Of a stretch of DNA of 64,000 nt, positions 17,587 to 27,755 are shown one piece after another. This stretch comes from Chthoniobacterales bacterium. Its GTDB lineage: Bacteria > Verrucomicrobiota > Verrucomicrobiia > Chthoniobacterales > Chthoniobacteraceae. Below the pieces are notes generated by a model, which was given only the letters and a program-made list of their open reading frames with translations, had not been told where the DNA came from and ran no database searches. The stretch covers positions 15,149 to 79,148 of the forward strand of contig JBBQZX010000028.1 in assembly GCA_038207335.1 (NCBI GenBank). The letters run 5' to 3'. The translations under genes and the position numbers were made by a program. Within the stretch, counting starts at the first letter, position 1. The number at the start of each line of letters is the position of its first letter.

Positions 17587-18318
17587 TCACCACGGGACGG
17601 GCTTGCGGGCGTTGAAGAAGCCGCCGGTCGGGCCGTCGGAGGGCAGTGTCGCGAGCCAGACTGCGGTGTCCGCGCCGTCGGCGGCGGTGTGCGGCGCGCT
17701 GTCGCCGCCGAGGTCGGTGCGGCACCAGTCGGGGTCGGCGGAGTTGACCTTGATCGGTGTGCCTCGCAGCTCGTGGGCGAGGATCACGGTGAAGGCGTTC
17801 AGTGCGGTTTTGGACGCGTTGTAGCCGAGTGGCTTTACGTCAGCGAACGACCACGTCGGGTCGCTGTTTTGCGTGAGGGAGCCGAGGCCGCTGGAGAGAT
17901 TCACGATGCGCCCGGCGTCGCTGAGGCGGAGCAGCGGAAGCAAGCCCTGAGTCACGGCGATGGCGCCGAAAAAATTCGTGTCGAAGACTTCGTGGATGAT
18001 GTCGAGTGGCGTCTCGCTTGGCTTGATGGACATGTCATGTCCGATGCCCGCGTTGTTCACGAGGATGTCGAGCCGGCCATATTCAGCGGTGATGTGTTTC
18101 CGGGCGCGTTTGATCGAAGGCTCGTGCGTCACGTCGAGGATAAGCGCGTGCGCGTCGATCCCTTCACCGGCGAGCTTTTCCGCGGCTTCGAGTCCCTTCG
18201 ATTTGCTGCGTGCGCCGATGATGACGGTTGCGCCTTGCACGCCGAGTTGCCGCGCGATTTCGAAGCCGATCCCTTTGTTTGCGCCGGTCACAAGCGCGAT
18301 ACGATTGGTTGGTGTCAT
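17587..18318 (-). CDS. SDR-family oxidoreductase (carbonyl reductase-like)
   Basis: TGANKGIG, NNAG and YNASK motifs. Confidence 0.93.
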   Translation of the reverse strand: MTPTNRIALVTGANKGIGFEIARQLGVQGATVIIGARSKSKGLEAAEKLAGEGIDAHALILDVTHEPSIKRARKHITAEYGRLDILVNNAGIGHDMSIKPSETPLDIIHEVFDTNFFGAIAVTQGLLPLLRLSDAGRIVNLSSGLGSLTQNSDPTWSFADVKPLGYNASKTALNAFTVILAHELRGTPIKVNSADPDWCRTDLGGDSAPHTAADGADTAVWLATLPSDGPTGGFFNARKPVPW

Positions 18319-18343
18319 AAAAATTCGCCGCCGCGTTTGCGCT

Positions 18344-18808
18344 CTACGCTTCGCTTTCGCCCTGCTCGCCGCCCTCCTCGAGGTTCTTCAAAACATCGGC
18401 GCGATCCTCGACTTCATCCCAGACCTCGCGGCTCACATAGATCGGCGCGCTTTGCGAAATGGCGAGCGCGAGGCAGTCGCTTGGTCGCCCGTCGAGTTCG
18501 ATGATTTTCTTTTCAAAGACCTCGTTCTCCGCGCTGATGATAAGCCGCGCGAAATAGGTCTCGCTCTTGAGGTCGTTGATGATGACGCGCTCCACTTTCG
18601 CGCCGAGCGCAGTCATCAAGTGCCCCATGAGATCGTGCGTGAGCGGGCGCTCTTTTGGCGTGCTGTTGATGAACATCGTGATCGCCGCACCGACACTTTC
18701 ATCCACGTAAATCACGAACACTTTTTCATCGTTCCCGATGAAAACCGCGCGGCCCGAATTGAACGGAAGGACGGCTCTCACCTGCACCTGGATGACCGGT
18801 TTGCTCAT
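18344..18808 (-). CDS. Bifunctional nuclease family protein (DUF151)
   Basis: ERPLTHDL, YFARL and DGRPSDCLALA motifs; start MSKPV at 18808. Confidence 0.9.
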   Translation of the reverse strand: MSKPVIQVQVRAVLPFNSGRAVFIGNDEKVFVIYVDESVGAAITMFINSTPKERPLTHDLMGHLMTALGAKVERVIINDLKSETYFARLIISAENEVFEKKIIELDGRPSDCLALAISQSAPIYVSREVWDEVEDRADVLKNLEEGGEQGESEA

Positions 18809-18817
18809 GTGCATCGC

Positions 18818-18846
18818 ACGATAGGGGCCGGTGCGCGGATTGACAA
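18818..18846 (-). promoter_or_regulatory. Sigma70-type promoter of the DUF151 gene
   Basis: Minus strand TTGTCA-17 bp-TATCGT, ending 9 bp before the ATG. Confidence 0.55.
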
Positions 18847-18950
18847 GATGGTCGCTGCCGAGAGCGCGCGTCCTGTGCAACTTCGTGAGCGCGCACGGTT
18901 TGCCGTGACCGGGTTTGACTCCGCGCGAGGGAGTTCGCATTTTCGTCGCG

Positions 18951-20600
18951 ATGCTTTTTCCCCGTCTTGCAGTAGTTGCTTTATTCTCTGCCGCGGTGAC
19001 CGGCGCCTCCGTTGCGGCGACGGCCCCATCGGCCTCTGCGCTTGATCGCGGGGCGAAAATCTACGCGGAAAAATGTGTCATTTGCCATCAGCCGAGCGGG
19101 CAGGGCGTGCCGCCGGTCTATCCTCCGCTCGCAGGTTCGGACTGGCTGAAAGCGGATCGGGAGCGGACGCTGAAAGTCCTGTGCGAAGGGCTTTCCGGGC
19201 GGATCGTGGTGAATGGGCAGGCGTATGAAAACGTGATGCCCGCGCAGATTCTCGATGACGCGGAAGTTGCAGCCGTTCTCAATTTCGTCACGAGTTCATG
19301 GGGCAAATCGCGGCCGGAATTCACGGGAGTGGAGGTCGCGGCTGCGCGTGAAAAATCGCAGTTCAAGACTTACGCGGAACTCGTGAAAGCGGCGTCGTTT
19401 CAGCCGCTGCCGAAGCCGCCTGTGGGTTGGACATTGCACGAGATTGCGCGGCTGCCGGAATTCTGCGTGCGGCTCGCTGGCGGTGAAAAGCAGGTCTATG
19501 CGCTCGCGCAAAGTGGGGGCGTTTACACGCTCGATTTTGTGAGTGGTGCGGTTGGGCAAATCTTCAAGTCCGCCGACTATATCGACGCGACTCGTGGCGA
19601 CTTCGTGGCGCTTGGTATCACGCTCGATCGCGAGGGGCGGCTCTGGATCGTGACGAATCAGAACCTCACCAAAGACGTGCCTGTCTACACGAACGAGGTC
19701 GTGATCTGGCGCAGCAATTCGCTGGCCGATGGGCATCCGCTCAAGCTGCAGCCTTGGTTCACCACGACCTATCCGCGCGGAGTCGGTGGGATGAATCACG
19801 GCGTGAGCAATCTCGCGTTTGGTCCTGATGGAAAGCTCTACGTCAGCAGCGGCTCGCGCACGGATGGCGGTGAATCGAGCAACGATCCGCATTATTTCGG
19901 CGGCGGGGAAGTCGATCACACATCGTGCATCTGGCGTCTCGATCCTGCATCTGAGAAGCCCGAAATCGAGGTGATCGCCCGCGGGATTCGAAATCCGTTC
20001 GGCTTTGCCTGGGACGATGCGGGCCGGCTCTTCAGCGTTGCGAATGGTCCCGATGCGAGTCCTGCGGAGGAGATGGATTTCATCGAGCCGGGGCGGCACT
20101 ACGGCTTCCCGTATCAGTTCTCCGACTGGCCCGTGAAACCGGGCGTGCCTTACGCCCACACGCCACCGCCACCGCCGGAAATCGTCTTCACTTTGCCCGT
20201 CAAAAACCTCGGTCCCTCCGCAGGAGGTTCGTCCGAAAAGCCGCTCTCCACATTCGATCCGCACTCCTCACCAGCAGGCATGATCTGGTGCGGCGCGGAC
20301 TATCCAGAGCCGCTTCGCAACGGCTTTCTCGTCACGCGATTTGGCAACTTGCTTGGCCCTCCCGCTGCGCCTGAGGACGTTGGCTTCGACGTACTCTCGA
20401 TGCATCTGGAGAAGAACGCCGAAGGAGAATGGCAGGCGCACACAACGACTGTGCTGGCGCCGCTTGGTCGTCCGATCGATGTGCTCGCGCTCGGCGGCGG
20501 CCGCGTGCTGGTGCTCGAATACACGCGCCCGTTGACTTTCAAAGACAGGCTCGGCTGGCTCCCCGGCCGCATCCTCGAACTTGCGCCCGACGCCAAGTGA
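18951..20600 (+). CDS. Cytochrome c fused to a glucose/sorbosone dehydrogenase-type beta-propeller
   Basis: Signal peptide; CVICH heme motif with distal MP; FGPDGKLYVSSG, ARGIRNPFG and HYGFPY. Confidence 0.85.
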   Translation: MLFPRLAVVALFSAAVTGASVAATAPSASALDRGAKIYAEKCVICHQPSGQGVPPVYPPLAGSDWLKADRERTLKVLCEGLSGRIVVNGQAYENVMPAQILDDAEVAAVLNFVTSSWGKSRPEFTGVEVAAAREKSQFKTYAELVKAASFQPLPKPPVGWTLHEIARLPEFCVRLAGGEKQVYALAQSGGVYTLDFVSGAVGQIFKSADYIDATRGDFVALGITLDREGRLWIVTNQNLTKDVPVYTNEVVIWRSNSLADGHPLKLQPWFTTTYPRGVGGMNHGVSNLAFGPDGKLYVSSGSRTDGGESSNDPHYFGGGEVDHTSCIWRLDPASEKPEIEVIARGIRNPFGFAWDDAGRLFSVANGPDASPAEEMDFIEPGRHYGFPYQFSDWPVKPGVPYAHTPPPPPEIVFTLPVKNLGPSAGGSSEKPLSTFDPHSSPAGMIWCGADYPEPLRNGFLVTRFGNLLGPPAAPEDVGFDVLSMHLEKNAEGEWQAHTTTVLAPLGRPIDVLALGGGRVLVLEYTRPLTFKDRLGWLPGRILELAPDAK

Positions 20601-21013
20601 TTCCCACCCGACACAGCTCGCATCGCCGCACGGGAAAGCGTCTGCTTGCTGTCGTCTTGCTGCTCGTCATCGGCGGCGATGCCCTGTTTTGGGGCTATGT
20701 CGTGCATCCGATGAATACATGGCCGGCGCTTCGCGGTCTGGTCGTCGGAGATGCTCTCGCATCGATCGCGGTCGCCGCTTCGCTCTACCGGCGCCACTCG
20801 TGGTCGCGCTACGTTTTCATCTTTTTGCAGGGATTGATTGGCGCGATTTTCAGCGCCGCTTTCTTTTTCGCGTTCAGCAAGCCCTACCTCATCGAGAAAT
20901 TGCCATTCGCCCATTTGACCGCGGGGCTGCTCCTGCACGCTGGCGCTCTCGCGATTCTGGTGTGTTCGCGCGGCATCTCGCGCCTCTCGCGGCCCTCGGG
21001 GAGCGGTGGGTAA
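20597..21013 (+). CDS. Hypothetical membrane protein (4 TM)
   Basis: GTG overlaps the upstream TGA; four hydrophobic segments. Confidence 0.6.
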   Translation: MIPTRHSSHRRTGKRLLAVVLLLVIGGDALFWGYVVHPMNTWPALRGLVVGDALASIAVAASLYRRHSWSRYVFIFLQGLIGAIFSAAFFFAFSKPYLIEKLPFAHLTAGLLLHAGALAILVCSRGISRLSRPSGSGG

Positions 21014-21025
21014 AATCGCACGACG

Positions 21026-21361
21026 ATGCCAGCCGACGCCTCTTCCGATTCCGGTGAACTTGCGGCGCGCATGGCGGCGGACCTCGCGGAGATTGCACGC
21101 ACACACATGCCATTCGGAAAATTCGGGCCGTCGTTTTTGCCGCCGCGCGGCGTGCCGATCTACGACTTGCCGGTCGAGTATCTGGGCTGGTTTGCGGGCA
21201 AAGGAGGATTCCCGCGCGGTCGCCTCGGCGAGTTGCTGCGGATGGTTCATCAGATGAAAGTGGACGGCGCGGATTTCGCATTCGACGCGATGCGCCGGCA
21301 ATCCGGTGGACGAACACCGCTGCGAATGTCGGTCGGCGGAGCGGAGCATTTTTTTAAATGA
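21026..21361 (+). CDS. DUF3820-family protein
   Basis: MPFGKF...IYDLPVEYLGWF..KGGFPRGRLGELL. Confidence 0.8.
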   Translation: MPADASSDSGELAARMAADLAEIARTHMPFGKFGPSFLPPRGVPIYDLPVEYLGWFAGKGGFPRGRLGELLRMVHQMKVDGADFAFDAMRRQSGGRTPLRMSVGGAEHFFK

Positions 21362-22194
21362 TGTCGTTGGTGGAAAGTGCCGCACCGCCGATTCCGCCAG
21401 TCGCTTTATGCACGCGACGGCAGGCGATTCGGACTGCGGCGGCGTTGGCGATTGCGCCGAGTTTTGGCCTTCGCGCATTTGCGGGGAGTACGAGCAAGGA
21501 CTTCGATTTCGTCGTAGCAAACGATCTGCATTATCGCGATGCGCGATGCGCGGATTGGCTGGAGCGGGTGATTGCGCGGATGCGGGCGTTGCGTCCGGCA
21601 CCGCTGTTTTGCGTGCTCGATGGCGATCTTTCGGACACCGGCACGAGTGAGCAACTCGGCGCGGTACATGAGCTTTTTCGCACGCTCTCGATGGCGGTTC
21701 GGCCGGTGATTGGGAATCACGACTACACGGAGCGCGGGGATCGCGGCGCGTATGAGCGGATTTTCGGCGCGAAGCTGAATGCGCGCTTCGAGCACGGAGG
21801 TTGGCAATTTCTCGCGGTCGATACGACTCAGGCTCGCAGTGTCTATCGCACGCGCATCGGGGATGAGACGCTCGGCTGGCTCGATCGCACACTGCCCGAT
21901 GTGTCGCGTCGGAAGCCGGTTGTCGTGCTGACGCATTTTCCGTTAGGACGAAATTGGCTCCGCCCGCGTAACGCCAAAGCCGTGCTCGCGCGGCTGGGAG
22001 AACACGATTTGCGCGCGGTCTTAAGCGGGCACTGGCACGGAATCACCGAGCGCGTGAGCGATGGCGCGCATCTTTCCACGGGGCGCTGCTGCTCGTGGTG
22101 GCGCACCAATCACGACGGCTCACTGCTCAAAGGCTTTACGCTCTGTCGCGTGCGCGACGGGCGCGTGGCGCATGAATTCGTGGCGGTCGCCTAA
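21358..22194 (+). CDS. Calcineurin-like metallophosphoesterase (Tat-exported)
   Basis: TRRQAI; DLH, GDL, GNHD, THFP and GHWH motifs. Confidence 0.9.
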   Translation: MMSLVESAAPPIPPVALCTRRQAIRTAAALAIAPSFGLRAFAGSTSKDFDFVVANDLHYRDARCADWLERVIARMRALRPAPLFCVLDGDLSDTGTSEQLGAVHELFRTLSMAVRPVIGNHDYTERGDRGAYERIFGAKLNARFEHGGWQFLAVDTTQARSVYRTRIGDETLGWLDRTLPDVSRRKPVVVLTHFPLGRNWLRPRNAKAVLARLGEHDLRAVLSGHWHGITERVSDGAHLSTGRCCSWWRTNHDGSLLKGFTLCRVRDGRVAHEFVAVA

Positions 22195-22199
22195 GTGAA

Positions 22200-23465
22200 T
22201 CAGCCGCGGATTTGGCCGGTGCCTCGGAGGAGATATTTGTAGGTGGTGAGCTCTTCGAGGGCCATGGGGCCGCGGGCGTGGAGCTTGTCGGTGCTGATGC
22301 CGATCTCGGCTCCGAAGCCGAATTCGGCTCCATCGGTGAAGCGCGTGGAGGCGTTCCAATAGACGGTGGCGCTATCGATTTCACGGAGGAAGCGCTCGGC
22401 GTTTTCTTCGTCGGCGGTGACGATTCCGTCGCTGTGGTGGGAGCCGTGTTCCTCGATGTGGGCGATGGCTTCGTCGAGGTCATCGACGACTTTCGCGGCG
22501 AGGATAAGGTCGAGGAATTCGGTGCGAAAGTCGGCCTCAGTGGCTGCGGTGGCACGCTCGGCACCGAGCAGTTTCACGACGCTTTCGTCGCCGCGAATCT
22601 CGACTTTTTTCTCCAAAAGCGCGGCGCCAGTAGTGGCGAAGAAACGCTCGGCGATGGCGCGATGGACGAGGACGGTCTCGACGGCGTTGCACACGCCGGG
22701 GCGCTGGCATTTGGCGTTGAGGACGATGTCGCGCGCCATGTCGAGGTCGGCGTGCTCGTCGATGTAGAGGATGCAGATGCCGTCGTAGTGCTTGATGACG
22801 GGCATGCGGGCGTGGCTGACGACGGTTTCGATGAGCCCTTTTCCGCCGCGCGGGACGATGACGTCGAGGAACTGATCCATCTGGCAGAGATGGCGGACGG
22901 CGTCGCGATCGGTGGTGGGGATGAGAAGGACGCTGTCGGCGGGGAGGCCGGCGCGCGCGGCTCCGGCGCTGAGGGCGGCGGCGATGGCGACGTTCGAGTG
23001 GATGGACTCGGAGCCGCCGCGGAGGATGGTGGCGTTGCCGGTTTTCGTGCAGAGGACGGCGGCGTCGCTGGTGACGTTGGGGCGGGACTCGTAGATGATG
23101 CCGATGACGCCGATGGGGACGCGGATTTTGCTGATGCGGAGGCCGTTCGGACGCGTCCAGGCTTTGATGATTTCGCCGACGGGGTCGGGGAGTTCGGCGA
23201 CTTGGCGGATGCCGTCGGCCATGGCTGCGAGGCGCTTTGGGTCAAGGGCGAGGCGCTCGAGCATGGCGCCGGAAATGCCCGCGGCTTTCGCGCCTTCGAT
23301 GTCTTTCGAGTTCGCGGAAAGGATCGGGGTTTCGGCGGCGAGGAGTTCGTCGGCCATGCCGCGGAGGCCGGCGTTCTTTTGCTCGGAGCTCGCGCGGGCG
23401 AGGACTCGCGAGGCGGCGCGGGCGCGGCGGCCGAAGTCGAGGATTTGGGTTTGAAGGTCAGACAT
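22200..23465 (-). CDS. proA: Gamma-glutamyl phosphate reductase
   Basis: IYESRPNVT, CNAVET, NASTRFTDG, EIGISTDKLHARGPM. Confidence 0.97.
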   Translation of the reverse strand: MSDLQTQILDFGRRARAASRVLARASSEQKNAGLRGMADELLAAETPILSANSKDIEGAKAAGISGAMLERLALDPKRLAAMADGIRQVAELPDPVGEIIKAWTRPNGLRISKIRVPIGVIGIIYESRPNVTSDAAVLCTKTGNATILRGGSESIHSNVAIAAALSAGAARAGLPADSVLLIPTTDRDAVRHLCQMDQFLDVIVPRGGKGLIETVVSHARMPVIKHYDGICILYIDEHADLDMARDIVLNAKCQRPGVCNAVETVLVHRAIAERFFATTGAALLEKKVEIRGDESVVKLLGAERATAATEADFRTEFLDLILAAKVVDDLDEAIAHIEEHGSHHSDGIVTADEENAERFLREIDSATVYWNASTRFTDGAEFGFGAEIGISTDKLHARGPMALEELTTYKYLLRGTGQIRG

Positions 23466-23506
23466 GGCGAGACGGGTTCTGTAATTCGCGGCGGCCGCGG
23501 TGCGCG

Positions 23507-24688
23507 TCAAGCGGAGGGGCTTGCGGCGGCGGAGTTCAGCTCGACGCAGAGGGCGCTGATTTGCTTGAGCGTGTGGCGGGCGGAGAGGGTGATGCGAAGG
23601 CGCGCGGCGTCGCGTGGGACGGTGGGGAAGCGGATCGCGGGGACGAAGAAGCCGCGGTCGGCGAGCTGCGCGGAGGCGGTCAGCGCGGCGTCGGCGGTGC
23701 CGATGATGTGCGGGACGATGGCGCTTTGGATTTTCCTCCCGGACGGAAAATGGCGCGGCATGAGGTCGGCGAAATGAAGGAGGTTCGTGCGCAGGAGCTG
23801 GCGTCGTTTTTCGCCGGCAGGCGAGAGGAGAAAATCGACGGCGGCGCTGGCGGCTGCGGCGCTGGCCGGGGCTGGGGCGGTGGAGTAGATGAAACTGCGG
23901 GCGCGGTTGATGAGGAGCTGGACGATGGCGCGGCTGGCGCAGATGTAGCCGCCGCTGGTGCCGAGCGCTTTGCTCAGGGTGCCGAGGTGAATGTCGATGC
24001 GGGCGCTGAGACCGAGGTGGTCGGCGAGGCCGCGGCCGTGTGTGCCGATGACGCCGACGGCGTGGGCTTCATCGAGGAGCAGAAGCGCGCCGTAGCGGTC
24101 TTTCATTTCGACGATTTCGGCGAGTGGCGGCCAGTCGCCATCCATGCTGAAAACGGCCTCCGTGGCGACTAGGACGCGGGCGTCTGGATAGTTTTCGCGA
24201 GCCCACTGGAGGTGACTTTCGAGTCGGCCGAGGTGGTTGTGCGGGAAGACGCGGACGACCGCGCCGCTGAGTCGTGCGCCGTCGATGAGCGCGGCGTGGC
24301 AGAGTTTGTCAAGGATGACGACGTCGTCTTTTCTTACGAGCGCACCGATGGTGCCGAGCGCTGCGGCGTATCCGCTGTTGAAGGAAAGCGCGGCTTCGGT
24401 GCGCTTGAATTCCGCGAGATTTTCCTCGAGGCGAACGTGCGGCGTGAGGGTGCCGCAGACGAGTCGGGATGCGCCGGAGCCAACTCCGTACTGGTCGATT
24501 GCGGCCTTTGCGGCATCGCGCAGGATGGGTTCGGTGGCGAGGCCGAGGTAGTCGTTTGAGGAGAAGTTGGTGAGCTTTTTCCCGGCCCACTCCATGGTGG
24601 GCTGCTGCGGGGAATCGATCTCGCGCAGCTCGCGGAGGAGGGAGCGGGCTCGGAGTTCGGCGAGCTCGGCGGCGATGGTGACGGGCAT
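23507..24688 (-). CDS. bioF: 8-amino-7-oxononanoate synthase (alpha-oxoamine synthase family)
   Basis: NFSSNDYLGL, GSGASRL, FSMDGD, DEAHA, GTLSKALG, AIRFPTVP. Confidence 0.85.
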   Translation of the reverse strand: MPVTIAAELAELRARSLLRELREIDSPQQPTMEWAGKKLTNFSSNDYLGLATEPILRDAAKAAIDQYGVGSGASRLVCGTLTPHVRLEENLAEFKRTEAALSFNSGYAAALGTIGALVRKDDVVILDKLCHAALIDGARLSGAVVRVFPHNHLGRLESHLQWARENYPDARVLVATEAVFSMDGDWPPLAEIVEMKDRYGALLLLDEAHAVGVIGTHGRGLADHLGLSARIDIHLGTLSKALGTSGGYICASRAIVQLLINRARSFIYSTAPAPASAAAASAAVDFLLSPAGEKRRQLLRTNLLHFADLMPRHFPSGRKIQSAIVPHIIGTADAALTASAQLADRGFFVPAIRFPTVPRDAARLRITLSARHTLKQISALCVELNSAAASPSA

Positions 24689-24694
24689 CGCGGA

Positions 24695-25591
24695 CTACGA
24701 GGAAAGGCCCCAAGCGAGCAGCTTGTACGAATCCGTCCAAATCGATTTGTCGTCACCGAGGACGACGGCAATGACTTCGCGGCCGCCATCGACTGCGCTC
24801 GAGATGAGGCAATGGCCGGCGGCTTCGGTGTATCCGGTCTTCATTCCGTTGCAGAGGGCGTAGTTTTTCAGCACGCGGTTTGTGGTTTCAAAGACGCGAG
24901 TGCGGCCGTCGTTGTAGCGCCACGTCACGCTTTTGAGGGCGACGATGTTGCGCAGAGTGCGGTTGCGATAGGCGGCCATCGCGACTTTGGCCATGTCGCG
25001 GGCGGTGGAGTATTGGCCGATCGCGGGGAGGCCGTTTGGGTTGACGAAATTGGAATGCGTCATGCCGAGCGCGCGCGCCTTGGCGTTCATTTTGTCTGCG
25101 AAAGTTTCGACGGAGCCGGCGTTGTCGCGCGCGAGGCAGCGGGCGACGTCGTTCATGCTGTGGACGAGGAAGACGCGGAGAAGGTCGCCTCGCGTGTAGG
25201 TCTCGCCGGGGCGAAAGCCGAGGACGGTCGGCTCGGCCCATGTGTCGCTGGCTTGCACGCGCACCTCGCGGTCGAGGTCGCCGGCCTCGGCGACGATGAG
25301 GCCGGTGAGGAGCTTCTGCGTGCTGGCGACTGCGCGCGATTGGTCGGCGTTGATCTCGTGCAAAATCTCGCCGGTGTTTGCATCCAGCAGGATCGCGGAT
25401 GATGCGCGGACGCGAGGAGCGGCACCTCCGGGTTCGACGGCATAGACCTCGACGGGCGCCGATTTTTTCGGTGTCGCGGGCTTTGCGGCAACCGGCTTTT
25501 TCGTGGTGCCTTTATTTGTGGCCGCCGGTGCGGGAGCAGCGAGGAGGAGGGTGATAGCGAGGGCGAGTAGCGAGGTGAATCGGCGGATCAT
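24695..25591 (-). CDS. D-alanyl-D-alanine carboxypeptidase (peptidase S11)
   Basis: SxxK (STQK), SxN (SMN) and KTG motifs; FVNPNGL; signal peptide. Confidence 0.92.
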   Translation of the reverse strand: MIRRFTSLLALAITLLLAAPAPAATNKGTTKKPVAAKPATPKKSAPVEVYAVEPGGAAPRVRASSAILLDANTGEILHEINADQSRAVASTQKLLTGLIVAEAGDLDREVRVQASDTWAEPTVLGFRPGETYTRGDLLRVFLVHSMNDVARCLARDNAGSVETFADKMNAKARALGMTHSNFVNPNGLPAIGQYSTARDMAKVAMAAYRNRTLRNIVALKSVTWRYNDGRTRVFETTNRVLKNYALCNGMKTGYTEAAGHCLISSAVDGGREVIAVVLGDDKSIWTDSYKLLAWGLSS

Positions 25592-25673
25592 GACGAAGGG
25601 TTAGTTAAAGGAATTAGTAACGGGCGCAAGGTTGGAGGAGGGGCATGGGGTCGCGCCCCTTTTCCCCCAACCC

Positions 25674-26348
25674 TCACTCGCCGAGCTGGCGCTCGACGGC
25701 GGAATCCGGCGCGGCTCCGAGGTCGATCGCTTTGTGGTAATGGCGGCGGGCGAGCTCGATGGCGGGGGGGACGCGCTCGAGGTAGAAAATGGCGAGGTTG
25801 TAGTGGGCTTCGGCGTAGTCGGGCTGCAGCTCGATGGCTTTTCGCATCTCGTCTTCTGCGCCGAGATACCATCCCTTTTTGCCGATGGTGACGCCGAGGT
25901 AGTGGTGCGCGCGGGCGTCTTTGGGCTCGAGATAGACGGCTTGTGCGAGCGCGGCGAGCGCGGCATCGAGATGGTCGCGGTCGTATTCGATGGCGCCGAG
26001 GATGAGCCATGCGAGGCCGGCGTCGGGCGCCACCCGGACGGTTTTTGTGAGGATGAGTTGGGCCTCGTCGTAGTGCTTTTGGCGATACTCGATGAGGCCG
26101 AGATTGATCATCGTCGGCGGGTTGCCGGGTGCGAGTTGAAGGACTTTTTCAAAGTCTTTTTTGGCGGCGGCGAGGTCGCCTTTCTGAAATGAAGTGATGC
26201 CTCGCTTGGCGATTTGCTGAGCTTCGTTTGGAGCGGTTTTCTCGCCGGGGCGATCGAGAGAAGGCGCGGGTTCGAGGCGAAATGCGGGGGGGGCCGCGAA
26301 CGCGGATGCTCCAAACGCGATGATCAGCAGCAGGACTTTACTTAGCAC
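25674..26348 (-). CDS. Exported tetratricopeptide-repeat protein
   Basis: Signal peptide from GTG 26348; several TPRs (e.g. AIELQPDYAEAHYNLA). Confidence 0.85.
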   Translation of the reverse strand: MLSKVLLLIIAFGASAFAAPPAFRLEPAPSLDRPGEKTAPNEAQQIAKRGITSFQKGDLAAAKKDFEKVLQLAPGNPPTMINLGLIEYRQKHYDEAQLILTKTVRVAPDAGLAWLILGAIEYDRDHLDAALAALAQAVYLEPKDARAHHYLGVTIGKKGWYLGAEDEMRKAIELQPDYAEAHYNLAIFYLERVPPAIELARRHYHKAIDLGAAPDSAVERQLGE

Positions 26349-27135
26349 GGCCAAGCTCCCGGGCGCGTTCCGTGGCGGCACGGACGGCGCTGATGAATGC
26401 CGCACGCGCGCCATTTTTCTCCAGCGCCTCAAGGCCCGCGATGGTGGTGCCGCCGGGGCTCGTGACCATGTCGCGGAGTGCGGCGGGGTGCTGTTTGGTT
26501 TGCAAGACCATCTCGGCGGAGCCGCTCACGGTCTGTGCGGCGAGTTCCAGTGCGATGTCGCGCGGGAGGCCCATGAGCACTGCTCCGTCGGCGAGCGCCT
26601 CGATGACGAGATATACGAACGCCGGGCCGCTGCCGCTGAGCCCGGTGACGACATCCAGCAGCGCCTCTTTCACCTGAACTGCCGTGCCCACCGCGCCGAA
26701 GATCTTCTGCGCGATGGCGGCATCGGCTGCGATGGCGCGGCTTCCGAGTGCGAATGCGGCGGCGCCTTTGTGGACGAGCGCGGGCGTGTTCGGCATGACG
26801 CGGATGATGCGCACGGCGGGTCCGGCGGCTTCCTCGAGCGAGGCGAGCGTGAGGCCGGCGACGATGGAAATGATGAGCTTCCCGCCTGCGTCGATTTCCC
26901 GCAGTGCGGCGAGCGCGTCGGCGGGTTTGACGCAAAGCAGGAGGACATCCGACTCTGCTGCGAGGGCGGCGTTGTCCGTGGCGACGCGGACTTTTGCCTC
27001 GCGCACGAGTGCCGCGATGGTGGGCGGATGAAGGTCGGCGATGAGAATATCCTCACGCCGGATCGCGCCAGAGCCGGTGATGCCGTGGATGAGTGCGGCT
27101 GCCATTTTGCCGGCGCCGATGAAGCCAAAGGTCAT
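26338..27135 (-). CDS. proC: Pyrroline-5-carboxylate reductase
   Basis: GFIGAGKMA, RVMPNTP, GLSGSGPA, VTSPGGTT. Confidence 0.97.
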   Translation of the reverse strand: MTFGFIGAGKMAAALIHGITGSGAIRREDILIADLHPPTIAALVREAKVRVATDNAALAAESDVLLLCVKPADALAALREIDAGGKLIISIVAGLTLASLEEAAGPAVRIIRVMPNTPALVHKGAAAFALGSRAIAADAAIAQKIFGAVGTAVQVKEALLDVVTGLSGSGPAFVYLVIEALADGAVLMGLPRDIALELAAQTVSGSAEMVLQTKQHPAALRDMVTSPGGTTIAGLEALEKNGARAAFISAVRAATERARELGRAK

Positions 27136-27323
27136 GGCCGGGAGTGATAGCCGCGCGCGGCGGACAGTGGCAATGCGCAACTCGACTTTCCGGCAGCGCA
27201 TTTCGGTCAGGGAGAAGATGCCCGTGAATGTTTTTGTGGCGGAGGAAGCGGGACTTTGTATCGTGTGCGGCTCAAACCTCGGGCCGGCGTTGTGCCGTCC
27301 GATTCCCTGACGATCATCACCTT

Positions 27324-27695
27324 ATGGATACACCACAAATCACGGCTTACGTGAAAACGCAGTGCGGCTGGAGCAATGGCGTGCGCGCCGTGCTGAAAAA
27401 ATACGACCTTCCCTACGTGGAAAAAGACATCATCCAGAACCCGGCCTTCCGCTGGGAGATGGAGCAGAAGAGCGGCCAGCCCCTCAGCCCGTGCGTCGAA
27501 GTGAACGGCGTCATGGTCGCCGACATCAGCGGCGAAGAGCTGGAGCAATATCTCCTCCGCGAAAATCTCGTCGGCGACCCCGCCGGTACGACGAACGTGC
27601 CCCTAAACGCCGCGTGCAGCGACGCCGAGCACGACGCGATGAGCCGCGGCGAGTCGCTGAAATTTCACGGCGACGCGCTCGAGCACAAAGCCTAA
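27324..27695 (+). CDS. Glutaredoxin-like protein (monothiol CGWS)
   Basis: YVKTQCGWS, KSGQPLSP and VNG motifs of the glutaredoxin fold. Confidence 0.8.
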   Translation: MDTPQITAYVKTQCGWSNGVRAVLKKYDLPYVEKDIIQNPAFRWEMEQKSGQPLSPCVEVNGVMVADISGEELEQYLLRENLVGDPAGTTNVPLNAACSDAEHDAMSRGESLKFHGDALEHKA

Positions 27696-27714
27696 CGCGG
27701 GTTGTTTTTCTTTG

Positions 27715-27755
27715 AAAAGGCCGCGCCTCGGAAACGGGGCGCGGCCCTTTTTTTT
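27715..27755 (+). terminator. Intrinsic terminator
   Basis: ggccgcgcctcg-gaaa-cggggcgcggcc followed by a T8 run. Confidence 0.88.

Noticed and set aside
23507..24688. Serine palmitoyltransferase partnering the GNAT
   Set aside because: Motifs (GSGASRL, GTLSKALG, AIRFPTVP) fit BioF better and the gene is 6 kb away; only a phylogeny would settle it.
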